From contig NC_086108.1 of NCBI RefSeq assembly GCF_963921235.1, positions 38,504,001-38,568,000 on the forward strand: 64,000 bases of DNA. Direction: 5' to 3'. Positions 1 through 13,622 of this stretch are shown in pieces. The stretch comes from Mobula hypostoma (taxonomy: Eukaryota). How positions within the stretch are numbered: the first letter of the stretch is position 1; every line of letters begins with the position of its first letter. The position numbers and the translations under genes are program-made. The notes beneath the pieces are model-generated. The model was not told the DNA's origin. It searched no databases and saw nothing but the letters and a program-made list of their open reading frames with translations.

Positions 1-113
1 CAGGATTTTCCCTCTGCTGGTGAAGATGGCCAGGCGCCCTCTTTGGGGCCGGCCCTCTGCCTGCGCACGCTGTTGTGAGCCAGTTCGTGTGTGCTAGAAA
101 GTGGGTCGCCACA
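1..113 (-). repeat. 3' LTR of the Gypsy element (partial)
   Basis: Copy of 4049-4161; preceded on the minus strand by a G-run polypurine tract at about 119-128. Confidence 0.9.
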
Positions 114-3100
114 TAACGCCCCCCCCCCACAGAACCGGCGATACCTCCCCCAATGTCCACAGTCTGGATCGGCCTCTGTTTGGGAGGTCTGCCCCTGCGC
201 CGCGGTGCCTGAGCCTGGACCGGCTGTGCCAAGTCCACATGGGCCAGTTTGAGTCGGTCCACCGTGAAAACCTCCTCTCTCCCGCCAATGTCCAGCACGA
301 ACGTGGACCCGTTGTTCCTGATCACCTTAAACGGCCCCTCGTAGGGCCCCGTTGTACAAAAAGAAACTTACAGTTCTGCAGGTCTTTGGGTACGCAGGTT
401 GGGCTCTGTCCATGGTGTGAAGTGGGTATGGGGGCCAGGTTACCGAGCCTCTCACGTAGTCTGTCCAGGACTGCTGCGGGTTCTTCCTCTTGCCCCCTTG
501 GGGCTGGTATGAACTCTCCTGGGATGACCAGGGGCGCGCCGTACACCAACTCGGCCGACGAGGTGTGCAGATCCTCTTTGGGCACCGTGCGGATTCCGAG
601 CAGGACCCAGGGAAGCTCGTCCACCCAGTTAGGCCCCTCCAGGCGGGCCATGAGAGCCGATTTCAGGTGACGGTGGAAGCACTCCACTACTCCGTTCGAC
701 TGTGGGTGGTAGGCAGTTGTGTGGTGTAGCTGTGTTCCTAAAAGGCTGGCCACAGCCGATCACAGGCTGGAGGTGAACTGGGCTCCCCTGTCGGAGGTAA
801 TGTGGGCCGGTACCCTGAAGCGGGCTACCCAGGTTGCGATCAGTGCTCGGGCGCAGGATTCGGAGGTGGTGTCGGTGAGCGGGACTGCCTCTGGCCATCT
901 GGTGAAGCGGTCTATCATAGTTAGGAGGTACCGCGCTCCTCGCGGCACTGGCAGGGGCCCCACGATATCCACATGAATGTGGTCGAACCTCCGGCGGGTG
1001 GGTTCGAACTGCTGTGGCGGAGCCTTGGTGTGCCGCTGCACCTTGGCCGTTTGGCACTGCATACACGTTTTGGCCCATTCACTGACCTGTTTACGCAGTC
1101 CATGCCACACGAACCTGTTGGAGACCAGCCGGACGGTTGTCCTGATGGAGGGGTGCGCTAAGTTGTGAATGGACTCGAAAACCCGCCGGTGCCAGGCTGC
1201 TGGGACGACGGGGCGGGGTTGGCCGGTAGCGACGTCACATAGGAGGGTCCCCTCACCTGGGCCTATGGGGAGGTCTTGGAGCTGTAAACCGGAGACTGCA
1301 GTCCTGTAACTGGGGATCTCAGCGTCTGCCTGCTGTGCCTCTGCCAGCGCTGCATAGTCCACCCACTGGGACAGGGCCTGTATGGTACGTCTGGAAAGTG
1401 CGTCCGCCACGACTTTGTCCTTTCCCGAGACATGCCGGATGTTCGTCGTGTACTTGGAGATGTAGGACAGATGTCGCTGCTGGCGGGACGACCAGGGGTT
1501 GGACACCTTAGTGAACGCAAATGTAAGCGGTTTGTGGTCTGTGAACGTGGTGAAGGGCCTACCTTCTTAGAAGTACCTGAAATGCCGGATTGCCAGGTAT
1601 AGTGCTAATAGCTCCCGGTCGAAAGCACTGTATTTGAGTTCAGGTGGTTGTAGATATTTGCTGAAGAACGCCAGGGGTTGCCAGCGACCCTCGATGAGCT
1701 GCTCCAGCACTCCACCGACCGCTGTGTTGGATGCGTCCACCGTGAGGGCAGTAGGAACGTCCGTTCTGGGGTGCATTAGCATCACGGCGTTTGCCAGGGC
1801 TTCTTTGGTTTTAACGAAAACGGCTGCAGCCTCTTCGTCCCAGGTAATGTCCTTGCCCTTACCTGACATTAGAGTGAACAGGGGGCGCCTGGTTCGGGCT
1901 GCTGAGGGGAGGAAACGGTGGTAGAAATTCACCATACCCACGAATTCCTGCAGGTCTTTGATTGTGTTGGGTCGGGGGAAGTTGCGGACCGCGTCTACCT
2001 TGGCGGGCAGTGGGGTTGCCCCGTCTTTAGTAATCCTGTGGCCCAGGAAGTCGATGGTATTGAGTTCGAACTGGCATTTGGCTGGGTTGATTGTAAGGCT
2101 GAATTCGCTCAGGCGGGAGTAGAGCTGGCGGAGGTGGGACAGATGCTCCTGCTGACTACTGCTGGCTATGAGGATGTCGTCCAAATAGATGAATGCAAAG
2201 TCCAGGTCGCGTCCCACCGCATCCATTAGCCACTGGAAAGTCTGTGCGGCATTCTTTAGACCAAACGGCATTCGGAGGAATTCGAAAAGTCCGAACGGGG
2301 TGATGAGTGCTGTTTTGGGGATGTCGTCTGGAAGTACTGGGATTTGATGGTATCCCCGGACGAGGTCTACCTTGGAAAAGATCCTTGCGCCGTGTAGGTT
2401 TGCTGTGAAGTCTTGAATGTGCGGCACAGGGTAGCGGTCTGGTGTTGTAGCCTCGTTCAGTCTGCAGTAGTCACCGCATGGTCTCCAGCCCCCCGTTGCC
2501 TTGTGCACCATGTGCAGCGGGGAGGCCCGTGGGCTGTCGGACCGTCGTATGATCCCCAATTCCTCCATCTTCTTGAATTCCTCCTTCACCAGTTGGAGCT
2601 TGTCCGGGGAAGCCTTCAAGTATGGGCGTGGAGGGGTGGTCCTTGTGTCGGGATGTGGTGCTGTACTCCGTGTCTGGGCATGGCTGCCGTGAACTGCGGT
2701 GTCAGTACTGATGGGAAATCCGCCAGGACCCTGGTGAATTCATCGTCGGACAGCGTGATGGAGTCCAGGTGTGGGGCTGGCAACTGTGCTTCACCCAGGG
2801 AGAACGTTTGAAAAGTCTTGGCGTGGACTAGTCGCTTCCCTTGCAGGTCGACCAGCAGGCTGTGAGCTCGCAGAAAATCCGCCCCCAGGAGTGGTTGGGC
2901 CACGGCGACCAGTGTGAAGTCCCACGTGAACCGGCTGGAGCTGAACTGTAGCCGCACCGTGCGGGTGCCGTAGGTTCGTATTGTGCTGCCATTTGCGGCC
3001 CTCAGGGTGGGTCCAGGTTCTCTGTTGCGGGTGTCGTAACTCACTGGAGGTAAAACGCTGATCTCCGCTCCGGTGTCAACCAAAAATCAGCATCCCGACT

Positions 3101-3860
3101 GCTTGTCCCAGACGTACAGGAGGCTGTCCTGATGGCCAGCCTCGGTAGCAATCGGCGGCGGCTGGGCCTTAGCGTTTCCCGGGAATTTGCAGGGTGGTCT
3201 ACAGTAGCGGGCCTCTGTGCCCCACCGCTGGTGGTAGAAGCACCATTGTTCGTTGGGCTCTGCTGCCGGGCCTGGTCTGGCTGGTCTGGTCTGTCGTTGG
3301 GCATGTGGCTTGGTGATCTGTGCGACGGACGCCCCTCTCTCCTTCTTGGCATTCCACAACACATCTGCTCAGGCCGCCACCTCCCGGGGGTCGCTGAAAT
3401 CTGTGTCGGACAGCAGCAGGCATATGTGCTCGGGCAGTTGCTCTAGGAACGCCTGCTCAAACATGAGGCAGGGTTTGTGTCCTTCAGCCAGGGCCAGCAT
3501 TTTGTTCATTAATGCCGATGGCGGCCTGTCTCCCAAACCATCCAGGTGCATTAAGCGGCGTGCTCGTTTGCGCCGTGAGAGTCCAAAAGTCCTTATGAGC
3601 AGGGCTTTGAATGCTGTGTATTTGCTGTTCTCTGCGGGCAACTGTATAAACTCCTCAACTTGTGCAGCAGTCTCCTGGTCGAGGGAGCTCAGCACATAGT
3701 AGTAGTGAGTGGACTCCGAGGTTATCTGCCGAATGTGGAATTGTGCTTCTGCCTGTTCCAACCACAGATGGAGTCTCAGCGACCAAAAGCTTGGCAGTTG
3801 TAACGAAACTGCGTGAACAGATGCGGCGTCGGTCATCTCTGGCCCAAATATCGTTTGGGC

Positions 3861-3874
3861 CGTCGGGGTCACCA
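3861..3874 (-). promoter_or_regulatory. Primer binding site complementary to tRNA-Trp 3' end
   Basis: Minus strand reads TGGTGACCCCGACG two bases inside the 5' LTR, matching the start of the known tRNA-Trp PBS (TGGTGACCCCGACGTGAT). Confidence 0.88.
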
Positions 3875-3876
3875 AA

Positions 3877-4161
3877 TGTAGCTGTGTGCTACACACAGCG
3901 CTAGAATAACCACACAGAGTCGGTGAGTTGGAGTTGCGATGAAAGAGCTTTATTCAAACTTCGCGGCCTGCTTTAAAGCCTTCCCATTCCCGTCCTCCCT
4001 GGGCGGGACTACTGTGGGGAATGCATATTCCCAGACCCTTTCCGCGTGTGGGATTTTCCCCCTGCTGGTGAAGATGGCCTGGCGCCCTTTTTGGGGCCGG
4101 CCCTCTGCCTGCGCGCGCTGTTGTGAGCCAGTTCGTGTGTGCTAGAAAGTGGGTCACCACA
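3877..4161 (-). repeat. 5' LTR of the Gypsy element (285 bp, TG...CA)
   Basis: 4049-4161 matches 1-113 with 7 substitutions and no gaps; canonical termini. Confidence 0.92.
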
Positions 4162-5785
<1,624 letters not shown>

Positions 5786-6434
5786 TACATTAATGTTTAC
5801 ATATAAATGATAAGCTTGATCCCAAATGAATCTATCAAGCCAACTATCAAAATTCTTGGCAGACATTTGAATTTTAATGGTGCCTGAAACTAAGAAAGAA
5901 TCCCGCTACTACCAACAAATACACTACAGATATTAGCAGATCCCATATGCTACAAGATCAGAAAGAGCTATTTTGTCATTTTGATCTTACAGACATTTAT
6001 CCAATGTTTTACAAAATCTAATCTAACACAACGTACCATCTTGAATTGTATCATTTATGTAAATATAATCAGCATGATTTTAGGAATCATATAAAATCTG
6101 ACCCAACTCATGTCTTATTCTAAGATAACCCTATATCTGCACCTAATGTTTATGACAAAGCAATTAAATCTATTAATGCGTTCACTATAAAAGCTATGTT
6201 TTGCCTGAGTTCAAAAGGTACCATTCTTATTTGGGGCATAGTTTATGCAATTACAGTTTACGTTGTCCTAAAGGGGTAATGACTCTGGAATTTTCAGTGA
6301 GGGTATCCATCAGAAAGATATTACAATTCAACAAAGTCCTGGTCAAGTAATAAGAAATGGACTAAGTTCATGTAACAATACATACCTCATGTGCGAAAAT
6401 GGAGCCTACACCTCTCTTTCATGTAATTGGTTAG

Positions 6435-6690
6435 GATATTTACACCCTTATCAGTTACATCAGATCCAAATAAAAAGAGCATATATTTGAAACATGATAA
6501 CCCAAAATTAATTCTATTCTTTTTATAAACCAAACAATTAAAATGAATGCATCCGCTATGAAATTATGCATGCATCAGAAGTGCAATTTATTTCATTTAC
6601 CAATATTTGGAATTTATATTGTTGATGTAATTTTAAGTTCATTCAACTAAAATGTCGCTATTCAAACAGGCAAGGAGTTAGATATTTACA
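6435..6690 (+). promoter_or_regulatory. Candidate proximal promoter with two forkhead (FOXA/HNF3-type) motifs
   Basis: GATATTTACA at 6435-6444 and 6681-6690 (TRTTTAC core), in repeat-free DNA within 350 bp of the ATG. Motif match only. Confidence 0.35.
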
Positions 6691-6783
6691 TTTGCAGTAA
6701 AACTTTAACAGATCAGTTTCAGTCTGTATTTCACAGGTTCATCACAAGGCTACAAGTCTAAAACTTCCAATTTATCTTTCAAA

Positions 6784-6850
6784 ATGAAACTAACATGTTT
6801 TGTTATTCTTCTAGGCATGTTTGACAGTTCCTTTGCTGTTACTCCCAAGG
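6784..6850 (+). CDS. Complement factor H-like gene, coding exon 1 (signal peptide)
   Basis: AAAATGA start; MKLTCFVILLGMFDSSFAVTPK hydrophobic leader; phase-1 donor GTGAGT at 6851, in frame with exon 2. Confidence 0.85.
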
Positions 6851-7814
6851 GTGAGTACCTCTAATTTTTCACAATGACATCCTTTTAACATTGGTACAAA
6901 GTACTTAGTAATTATTCAAGTATCCAACTATGTGCTAATATGCTTGGTATAAATTGTACGGTTCACTGCAATTCCTGTTCATCAAAATGTTCATTGATTT
7001 CATCTCCCCAATTTTTCACTTAACAGTGACTATACCTATAAAGTACCTAATGTCTCTGTAAAGTACTTTGTGACATGCTGAGGTTACGGAATGCCCTATG
7101 AAAATCTAAGCTTTAAATATAGAAATGAATGGGCATAAATTGCATTATGTGTTGTGTAATCTTGGTGCACAACAATAGTACAAATGGACAAAAAACATTT
7201 TTAGAATTAACCTTGAGGAAAGCTAGTACCCTGAATGATAAAAATATTTATGGAACATGAGCAAAATTTGGAACAAGACACAAGTCACACACAGTAGTAC
7301 ATGGTAAACACTGAAAATAAAGTAGCATTACTTTCATAAAGACCATTAAATTAACAAAAGCATTAATTGTTCAATGGTTCCACTTCATCATAAAAGGAAC
7401 TTTAGGATAGTTGAATGTATTTGATCTCCAGGAACTGCAGATTTTTTCTTGTTTGGGATAGTTGTGATGATTTTAACAGGATTTCCAGGAAAATAGAATG
7501 ATGGACCGTGTGAGGGTTGATCTCTTATCACACAGTTTTAGAATGCCCTATTGATACTGCCAGCATTGGCAAACCTTTATACTTAACAGAGAAATGTATT
7601 TGAGGTATAGTGATGTTATAATGTCTTTATGGAATGTATTTACAGAAATAGAAACATTGTCATGTGCTGTTTTCAATCAGGAAAGAGAAATTTAGCAAAT
7701 TTCCATGATAAGAGCGTATCCTGGAAAGGTGTAATGAACTGTTGAGAAAAGTGTATTGGCAAGAAAGCTGGCAGAAATAGAAATGAATTCAGAGGATGGT
7801 ACTTTTGAATAAAA

Positions 7815-8170
7815 TCAGATCAGATGCATTGATTGTGTGGATAGTCCTGGTTTTTTTCCCGGGCTGAAATGGCTAACACGAGAGGGCACAGTTTTAAGGT
7901 GCTTGGAAGTAGGTACAGAGGAGATGTCGGGGTAAGTTTTTTTAAAAATATACAGAGTTGTGAATGCGTGGAATGGGCTGCTGGCGACAGTGGTGGAGGC
8001 GGATATGATAGAGTCTTTTAAGAGACTCCTGGATAGGTACATGGAGCTCAGAAAAATAAAGGGCTATGGGTAACCCTAGGTAATTTCTAAAGTAAGGACA
8101 TATTCAGCACAGCATTGTGGGCTGAAAGGCCTGTATTGTGCTGTAGGTTTTCTATGTTTCTATGTTTCTA
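7815..8170 (+). mobile_element. CR1-clade LINE 3' end
   Basis: TRGHSFKV...RVVNAWNGL C-terminal RT motif followed by a (CTATGTTT)n tail; near copy of 24975-25263. Confidence 0.8.
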
Positions 8171-8789
8171 ATATTAAAAAACACCAACAACATAGGTATG
8201 CCAGCAGACTGATGACTAAGGGGCTTGTTCTGATTACCAGCTTTGCTGCATAAATGCAGTAAATAATTTTGTCAGAATAAATAAAAAGAAGCAGATATTT
8301 GGTGAGACAATCCAGTGAACGGGACTGCTTATATCAGAGGCTCAAATTTGTAAATAATATCTTGTGCAACATCTCCATCTGCTGGATAAACAGTAGCAAT
8401 ATCCATTTAAAAATAATGGGACGGGGAACAAAAAAAATGGCAGATGCTAGAAAAAAAAATAAAAATTCTTGAAATTCTCAGCAGGTCTGGCTGCCTTTGT
8501 GAGAAGAGAAGCAGCTTCAACAATTCAAGCCAAAGATTCTCTGAAGATGGTTCCCTGAATCAAAATGATGGCCTTTCTCATCCCACTGATGCAGCCTGAC
8601 CTGCTGCTTCCAGCATTTTCCCTTCTTATTAAAGAAGTACATTTCAGTTGAGCAAATGTTTAATATTGGCAACAAGTTCATGAAAGCTGCACAAAATTCT
8701 ATGATCTCTGAAGGCCAAATATATAATTATTCCAACCATCAGAATTTTCATGGACAATCAGTAATAAAACATTTTTGCTATTTTCATTC

Positions 8790-9838
8790 ACTTTCTGACT
8801 AACAGACCCCAATCTGTTAAGTTAGACAACCACTCCTCCTCCACTCTCACCCTGAACACCAGCGTGCCTCAAGGCTGTGTGCTAAGCCCTCCTCTGTACT
8901 CCCTTTTCACCTATGACTGCGTTCCTGTACATGGTTCTAACTCCATAATCAATTTCGCAGACAACACCACGGTGGTTGGTCTGATCAGGGAGGATGACGA
9001 GACGGCCTACAGGGACGAGGTCCAGCACCCGGCCACATGGTGTGCCGACAACAACCTGGCCCTTAACACCCAGAAGACCAAGGAGATTATTGTGGTCTTC
9101 AGGCATGCTTGGAGCCACACTCACATCCCCATCTACATCAACGGAACTGTACTGGAGCATGTATCAAGCCTCAAATTCCTTGGTGTCCCCATTTCTGAGG
9201 ATCTCATCTGGTCCCTGAACTCCTCCCTCCTGATCAAAAAGGCGCAACAGAGCCTTGATTTCCTGCGGAGCATGAAGTAAGCTCACCTCTGTCCCAGGAT
9301 ACTGACGGACTTTTAGTGCTGGCTGTACCATTGAGAGCATACTGACCAACTGCATCTCAGTGTGGTACGGCAATTGTCTCGTATCAGACCGCAAAGCACT
9401 CCAGCTTGTGGTGAAAACTGCCCAGCGGATTATCGGCACCCAATTGCCCACCATTGAGAACATCCACTATAAACGCTGCCTGGGCAGGGCGAAAAGCATT
9501 ATCAGGGATGCATCTCACCCTAACCATGGACTTTTTACTCTCCTCCCATCTGGTAGGCGCTACAGGAACCTCCGCTCCCGCACCAGCAGGCACAGGAAGA
9601 GCTGCTTCCCTGAGGCTATGTCACTGCTGAACCTCTCATCACAGTGCTAAGCAGTATTGCATTGGTATTGTACTGTCTCAGTACTTTTATATTTGTGTGC
9701 TGTAGCACTTACTTTATTCGCAGTTATTTTGTAAATAACACTATTCTTTGCATTTCTGGTCAGATGCTAAATGCATTTCATTGGCTTTGTATCTGTACTC
9801 AGCACAATGACAATAAAGTTGAATCTAATCTAATCTAT
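8790..9838 (+). mobile_element. Rex1/Babar-like LINE, 5' truncated
   Basis: PQGCVLSP...FADNTTVVGLI RT motifs; LLPSGRRYR C-terminus; AATAAA followed by an (AATCT)n tail. Confidence 0.85.
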
Positions 9839-10329
9839 TTTCTAAAAGACTTTGGCATATCTGAGTCATATGTTTTGTTACATAGAGAGTGGGTGTCAGA
9901 GAATGTGATGGAATCAGATACAGTTACTACAGTTACTTAGATGAAAGTTGAGCCCAGTGTCACAATGGGGCGCTGGGAACGGACCCAAATGGGAGACACA
10001 GGCACTGAAGTACAAGGAACAGGACTTGACTGCAATAGGGATGTGACAGGATACAGGCAAGGAGCAGGGACGAAAACGCTGACTTGGGCTCGGGAAAGCA
10101 GGACCAGGACTAGGAACCATGGACTAGGAGACAAGGCTTGGACTCCGAGCCCAAGACTGGACAAGGACCCAAAACCTGGGTCTTGCCTTGGGCTCGGACC
10201 CCAGAACCAGGCAAGGACATGACGTGGCTTCAGGACACGACGTGGCTTCAGGACACGACGTGGCTGGGGTCTAGAGGCCTGAGCTTGGAGACAGTCTGGG
10301 GTCTTCGCTCAAGGCTTGAGGCTGGGGTC

Positions 10330-10752
10330 TTTGCTCTTGAGCTTGGCTGCAGGATCCTCGAGGCCTGGGTTCTCGGAGCTTGGCTGCGGGGTCCTCGAGG
10401 CCTGGGTTCTTGGAGCTTGGCCGCGGGGTCCTCGAGGCCTGGGTTCTCGGAGCTGGGCCGCGGGATCCTCGAGGCCTGGGTTCTCGGAGCTGGGCCGCGG
10501 GATCCTCGAGGCCTGGGTTCTCGGAGCTGGGCCGCGGGATCCTCGAGGCCTGGGTTCTCGGAGCTGGGCCGCGGGATCCTCGAGGCCTGGGTTCTTGGAG
10601 CTTGGCCGCGGGGTCCTCGAGGCCTGGGTTCGCGGAGCTTGGCCGCGGGATCCTCGAGGCCTGGGTTCTCGGAGCTTGGCCGCGGGATCCTCGAGGCCTG
10701 TGTTCTTGGAGCTTGGCTGTGGGATCTTCGAGGCTTGGGTTCTTGGAGCTCA
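10330..10752. repeat. 37-bp GC-rich minisatellite, about 11 copies
   Basis: Unit GGATCCTCGAGGCCTGGGTTCTCGGAGCTGGGCCGCG recurs every 37 bp from about 10352 to 10750. Confidence 0.95.
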
Positions 10753-10914
10753 GAGACAGACTGGGAACCGAACATCAACATAGAGCCAGGACTTATCCTT
10801 CGACAAGCCAGGACTCATCTTTAACACGACACTAACATGAGACAGGACAGAACATAGACATAGAGCCAGGACTCAACTTCATCTCCACACCAAGGTGGGA
10901 CAGGTCTCTCCATC

Positions 10915-11165
10915 AGGTAACGGCAGAACAGCCAGACTTACCCAACAGAGGCGAGGACAAGACAAGACAGATCCCCCCCCCGCAGGGCAATGGCAAAACA
11001 GCCTGACTTACCCCACAGAGGCGAGGATAAGACAAGACCCTCCACAGGGCAACGGCAAAACAGCCTGACTTACCCCCACGAGGCGAGGGCAAAACAAGAC
11101 AGATCCCTCCGCAGAGCAATGGCAAAACAGCCTGGCTTACCCCACGGAGGCGAGGAGAAGAAGAG
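10915..11165. repeat. About four imperfect 60-70 bp tandem units inside the solo LTR
   Basis: Recurring GGCAAAACAGCCTGACTTACCCCAC..GAGGCGAGGA.AAGAC. Confidence 0.8.
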
Positions 11166-13585
11166 ACAAACAGCAAAGAACGACAGACAGTTCTATCTCT
11201 GCTCCAGGGAAGCTCCAAGTCTCAGTTCAGCCAGCAACCTCAGCTGGTTACAAAAACAGCCGGATCCCTACCTAGCTCGGAGTTGCTGGCAGCCATTCAG
11301 CTGGCCCAGGAAACAGCGGAATCCATACCACAAAGACAACTCCGACTACCAACAGCAAGGCTCCATGAAGCGATGGTTCTCCAACACGGCCTAAAGATGA
11401 CAAGTGGCTGCTCTAGCCTTCCACCAGCAGGTTGCTCCAGGGGAACTGATGAGACAAACCAGCATCTCACACTCAACCCCAAGGCTACTTATATTCCAAG
11501 CCCCAAGATATGAATCAGGTGCCTATGCTTAACTCAATCAAATGAGGGACAGCTAGAAGACCCAAAGTCCTAAGTCCACGGACCGGACCGTGAACTGGAA
11601 TGCGGACTTCACGGACCGGACCATGACACCAGTATGTTACCTCAACCTGAAAATAGGACTAAACTTCACTATCATTCAGCCAAGGTGGTGCCAGTGAACC
11701 ATGGCAACATGCTACAGGCTGCTTACAAAACTTCTAAATATACCTCTTCTGAATTGCACTCACTGCAATCTGGAAGCTTGTAATTTCTCTTCAAGCATGT
11801 ATTTTTGATCCACCTTAATGAACTAGTGATTTCGCAATCTTCTAAAGGTCTTGGCAGACTTAACTCTCTAGCATGCAGGTACAGCACCTTGGTAATTGGG
11901 CAGATAAGTAGATGAAGGTGCATTGCCATAGCCAGAAGAGAGAGGGGAGAGGAGGACTCCAAGCCAGGCTTCAAACACTAAACAATGAATGTTCATCCAC
12001 CAAGCATCTTGTTACCAAATGCACAAGACTGAGGATCTAAGGGCAAGATTGCTGTATCAGAAGAAAATGAGGCATTGCTATGTTCCATGTTTCATGGAGA
12101 CACAGCTCTCTCCAAGCACAGAGGATTCAGTAATCAGACCCAAGGGTTTCTCAATATACAAGACAGACTAAACTACTGATTTAAGGAAGACAAAAAGTGG
12201 GGTCTGTGTTTCATGATAAACTCTCTGTGGTGCTCGAATGCAGCACACTTGTCCTTGTTAAACTTTTGTTCCCCCGATCTGAAAAATCTAGTGATTAAGT
12301 GCTGACCGTTCTACTTATCAAGAGAATTCCTGTCCGCGATCCTGACTGCAGTTTATATACTGTCAAAAGCCAATGTTAATAAGGCACCCAAGATATTGAA
12401 TTCTGCCATCACCAAACAAGAAACTGTCCATCCCAAAGCATTTCCAATCATAGTCAGGGACTTCAATCAGGCTTGTTTGAAGAAATCTCTGCCCAATTAG
12501 CATCAGCATAAAACCTGCAGAACCAGGGTTCCTGACACAGTAGATCACTGGTTTGCTATCATTAGGAATGCCTACTTTTCCATGCCCAGACCCACATTTT
12601 GGGAAATCTGATCACTTGACTGTCCTTCTCCTAGATGAATATAGGCAGAGGCTAAAGAGAAAGGCACCAGAAATAAGCACAATGAGGAGGTGGTTGCGGG
12701 AGGCGGAGAAGCAGCGACAGGATTGCTTCGATTCGCTGGAATAGGTCATGTTCAAGCACTCATCAGAAGATCTGAATGAATTTGCCGTGGTTGTCTCTGA
12801 CTTTATTAAAGCAGTTGTGGACAAGTACATCCCCACAAAGTCACTCAGTGTCTTCCCCAGTCAGACGCTCTGGATGAACCATGAGATCCACAATCTACTG
12901 AAGGCCACATCAGTGCATTCAGCATCTGGTAACCAAGTAAGATGCAAGAGGTCCAAGTACCATCTCTGGCAAGCCAGCTCACGTGCAAAGTGGCAACTCC
13001 AGACTAAACTTGAGTCACGGGGGCATGCTCGACAGCTGTGTCAGGGCTTGAATGCCATTACCTCTGACCAAATGAAACCAAATGACATAGGTGACAACAA
13101 GTCTTCAATCCCAGATGAGCACAATGCCTTCCATGCTCACTTTGACCATTGAAACATGGAGGAACCTTTGCAAACTCTTACAGCCCTCAATGACCCTCTC
13201 AGGCCAATGAGAGATCATCCTTCAGGAGGTTAAACCCACAGAAAGCAGCCTGCCCAGATGGGGTACCTGGTCGACTACTAAAGACATGTACTAATCAACT
13301 GGCTGGAGTGTTCACCGATAATTTTAACCTCTCGCTCCAGCAATCTAAGATGCCCACCTGGTTCAAGTAAGCTTCAATTATATCACTGCCAAAGAAGAAA
13401 GTGGTAACCTGCCTCAGTGACTATTGTCCAGTAACACTTACATACACCGTGTTGAAGTGCTTTGAGAGGCTGGTGATGAAAGATATCAACTCCTGCCTGA
13501 GAAGCGATTTGGATCCACTACAAGCAACACACATAAAAGTTGCTGGTGAACGCAGCAGGCCAGGCAGCATCTCTAGGAAGAGGTG

Positions 13586-13622
13586 CAGTCGACGTTTCAG
13601 GCCAAGACCCTTCGTCAGGACT
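13586..13622 (-). ncRNA. Minimal type I hammerhead ribozyme motif in a PLE 3' region
   Basis: Minus strand AGUC-CUGACGA-A-GGG(UCUUGG)CCU-GAA-ACGU-C-GACU: both core boxes, stem I, stem II and palindromic stem III. Confidence 0.8.

Larger units (their letters stand above)
1..4161 (-). mobile_element. Ty3/Gypsy LTR retrotransposon, decayed (gag-PR-RT-RNaseH-IN); 3' LTR runs off the left edge
   Basis: Minus-strand ORF pieces in Gypsy order: gag 3896-3087, protease with DTGA 3083-2616, RT with YLDD plus RNaseH 2619-1567, integrase with HHCC and DDE region 1506-322. Broken by stops and frameshifts. Two LTR copies, PBS and PPT are present. Confidence 0.95.
9958..11628 (-). mobile_element. Solo LTR (1671 bp) with internal tandem arrays
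   Basis: Termini TGTCA...TGACA flanked by a 4-bp CCAG duplication (9954-9957, 11629-11632); no coding homology. Orientation is guessed from a minus-strand TATAA at about 11490. Confidence 0.8.

Noticed and set aside
322..3896. Gypsy element as active or domesticated
   Set aside because: gag and pol are broken by several stops and frameshifts, and the LTRs have diverged.
101..3904. Plus-strand ORFs opposite the Gypsy genes
   Set aside because: Antisense shadows of GC-rich coding DNA with no recognisable protein features.
4150..4161. 5' LTR start (TGTGGTGACCC) resembling the PBS
   Set aside because: Only 9 nt, and the 3' LTR has TGGCGACCC; probably a chance CpG-decay match.
10330..10752. CRISPR-like array of 37-bp repeats, or a cloning polylinker
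   Set aside because: Units abut with no unique spacers, there are no cas genes, and the array decays at its edges inside a TSD-flanked LTR in a eukaryotic intron.
10138..10835. Four long overlapping ORFs (151-228 aa)
   Set aside because: Products of the stop-free minisatellite; no domain or splice context.
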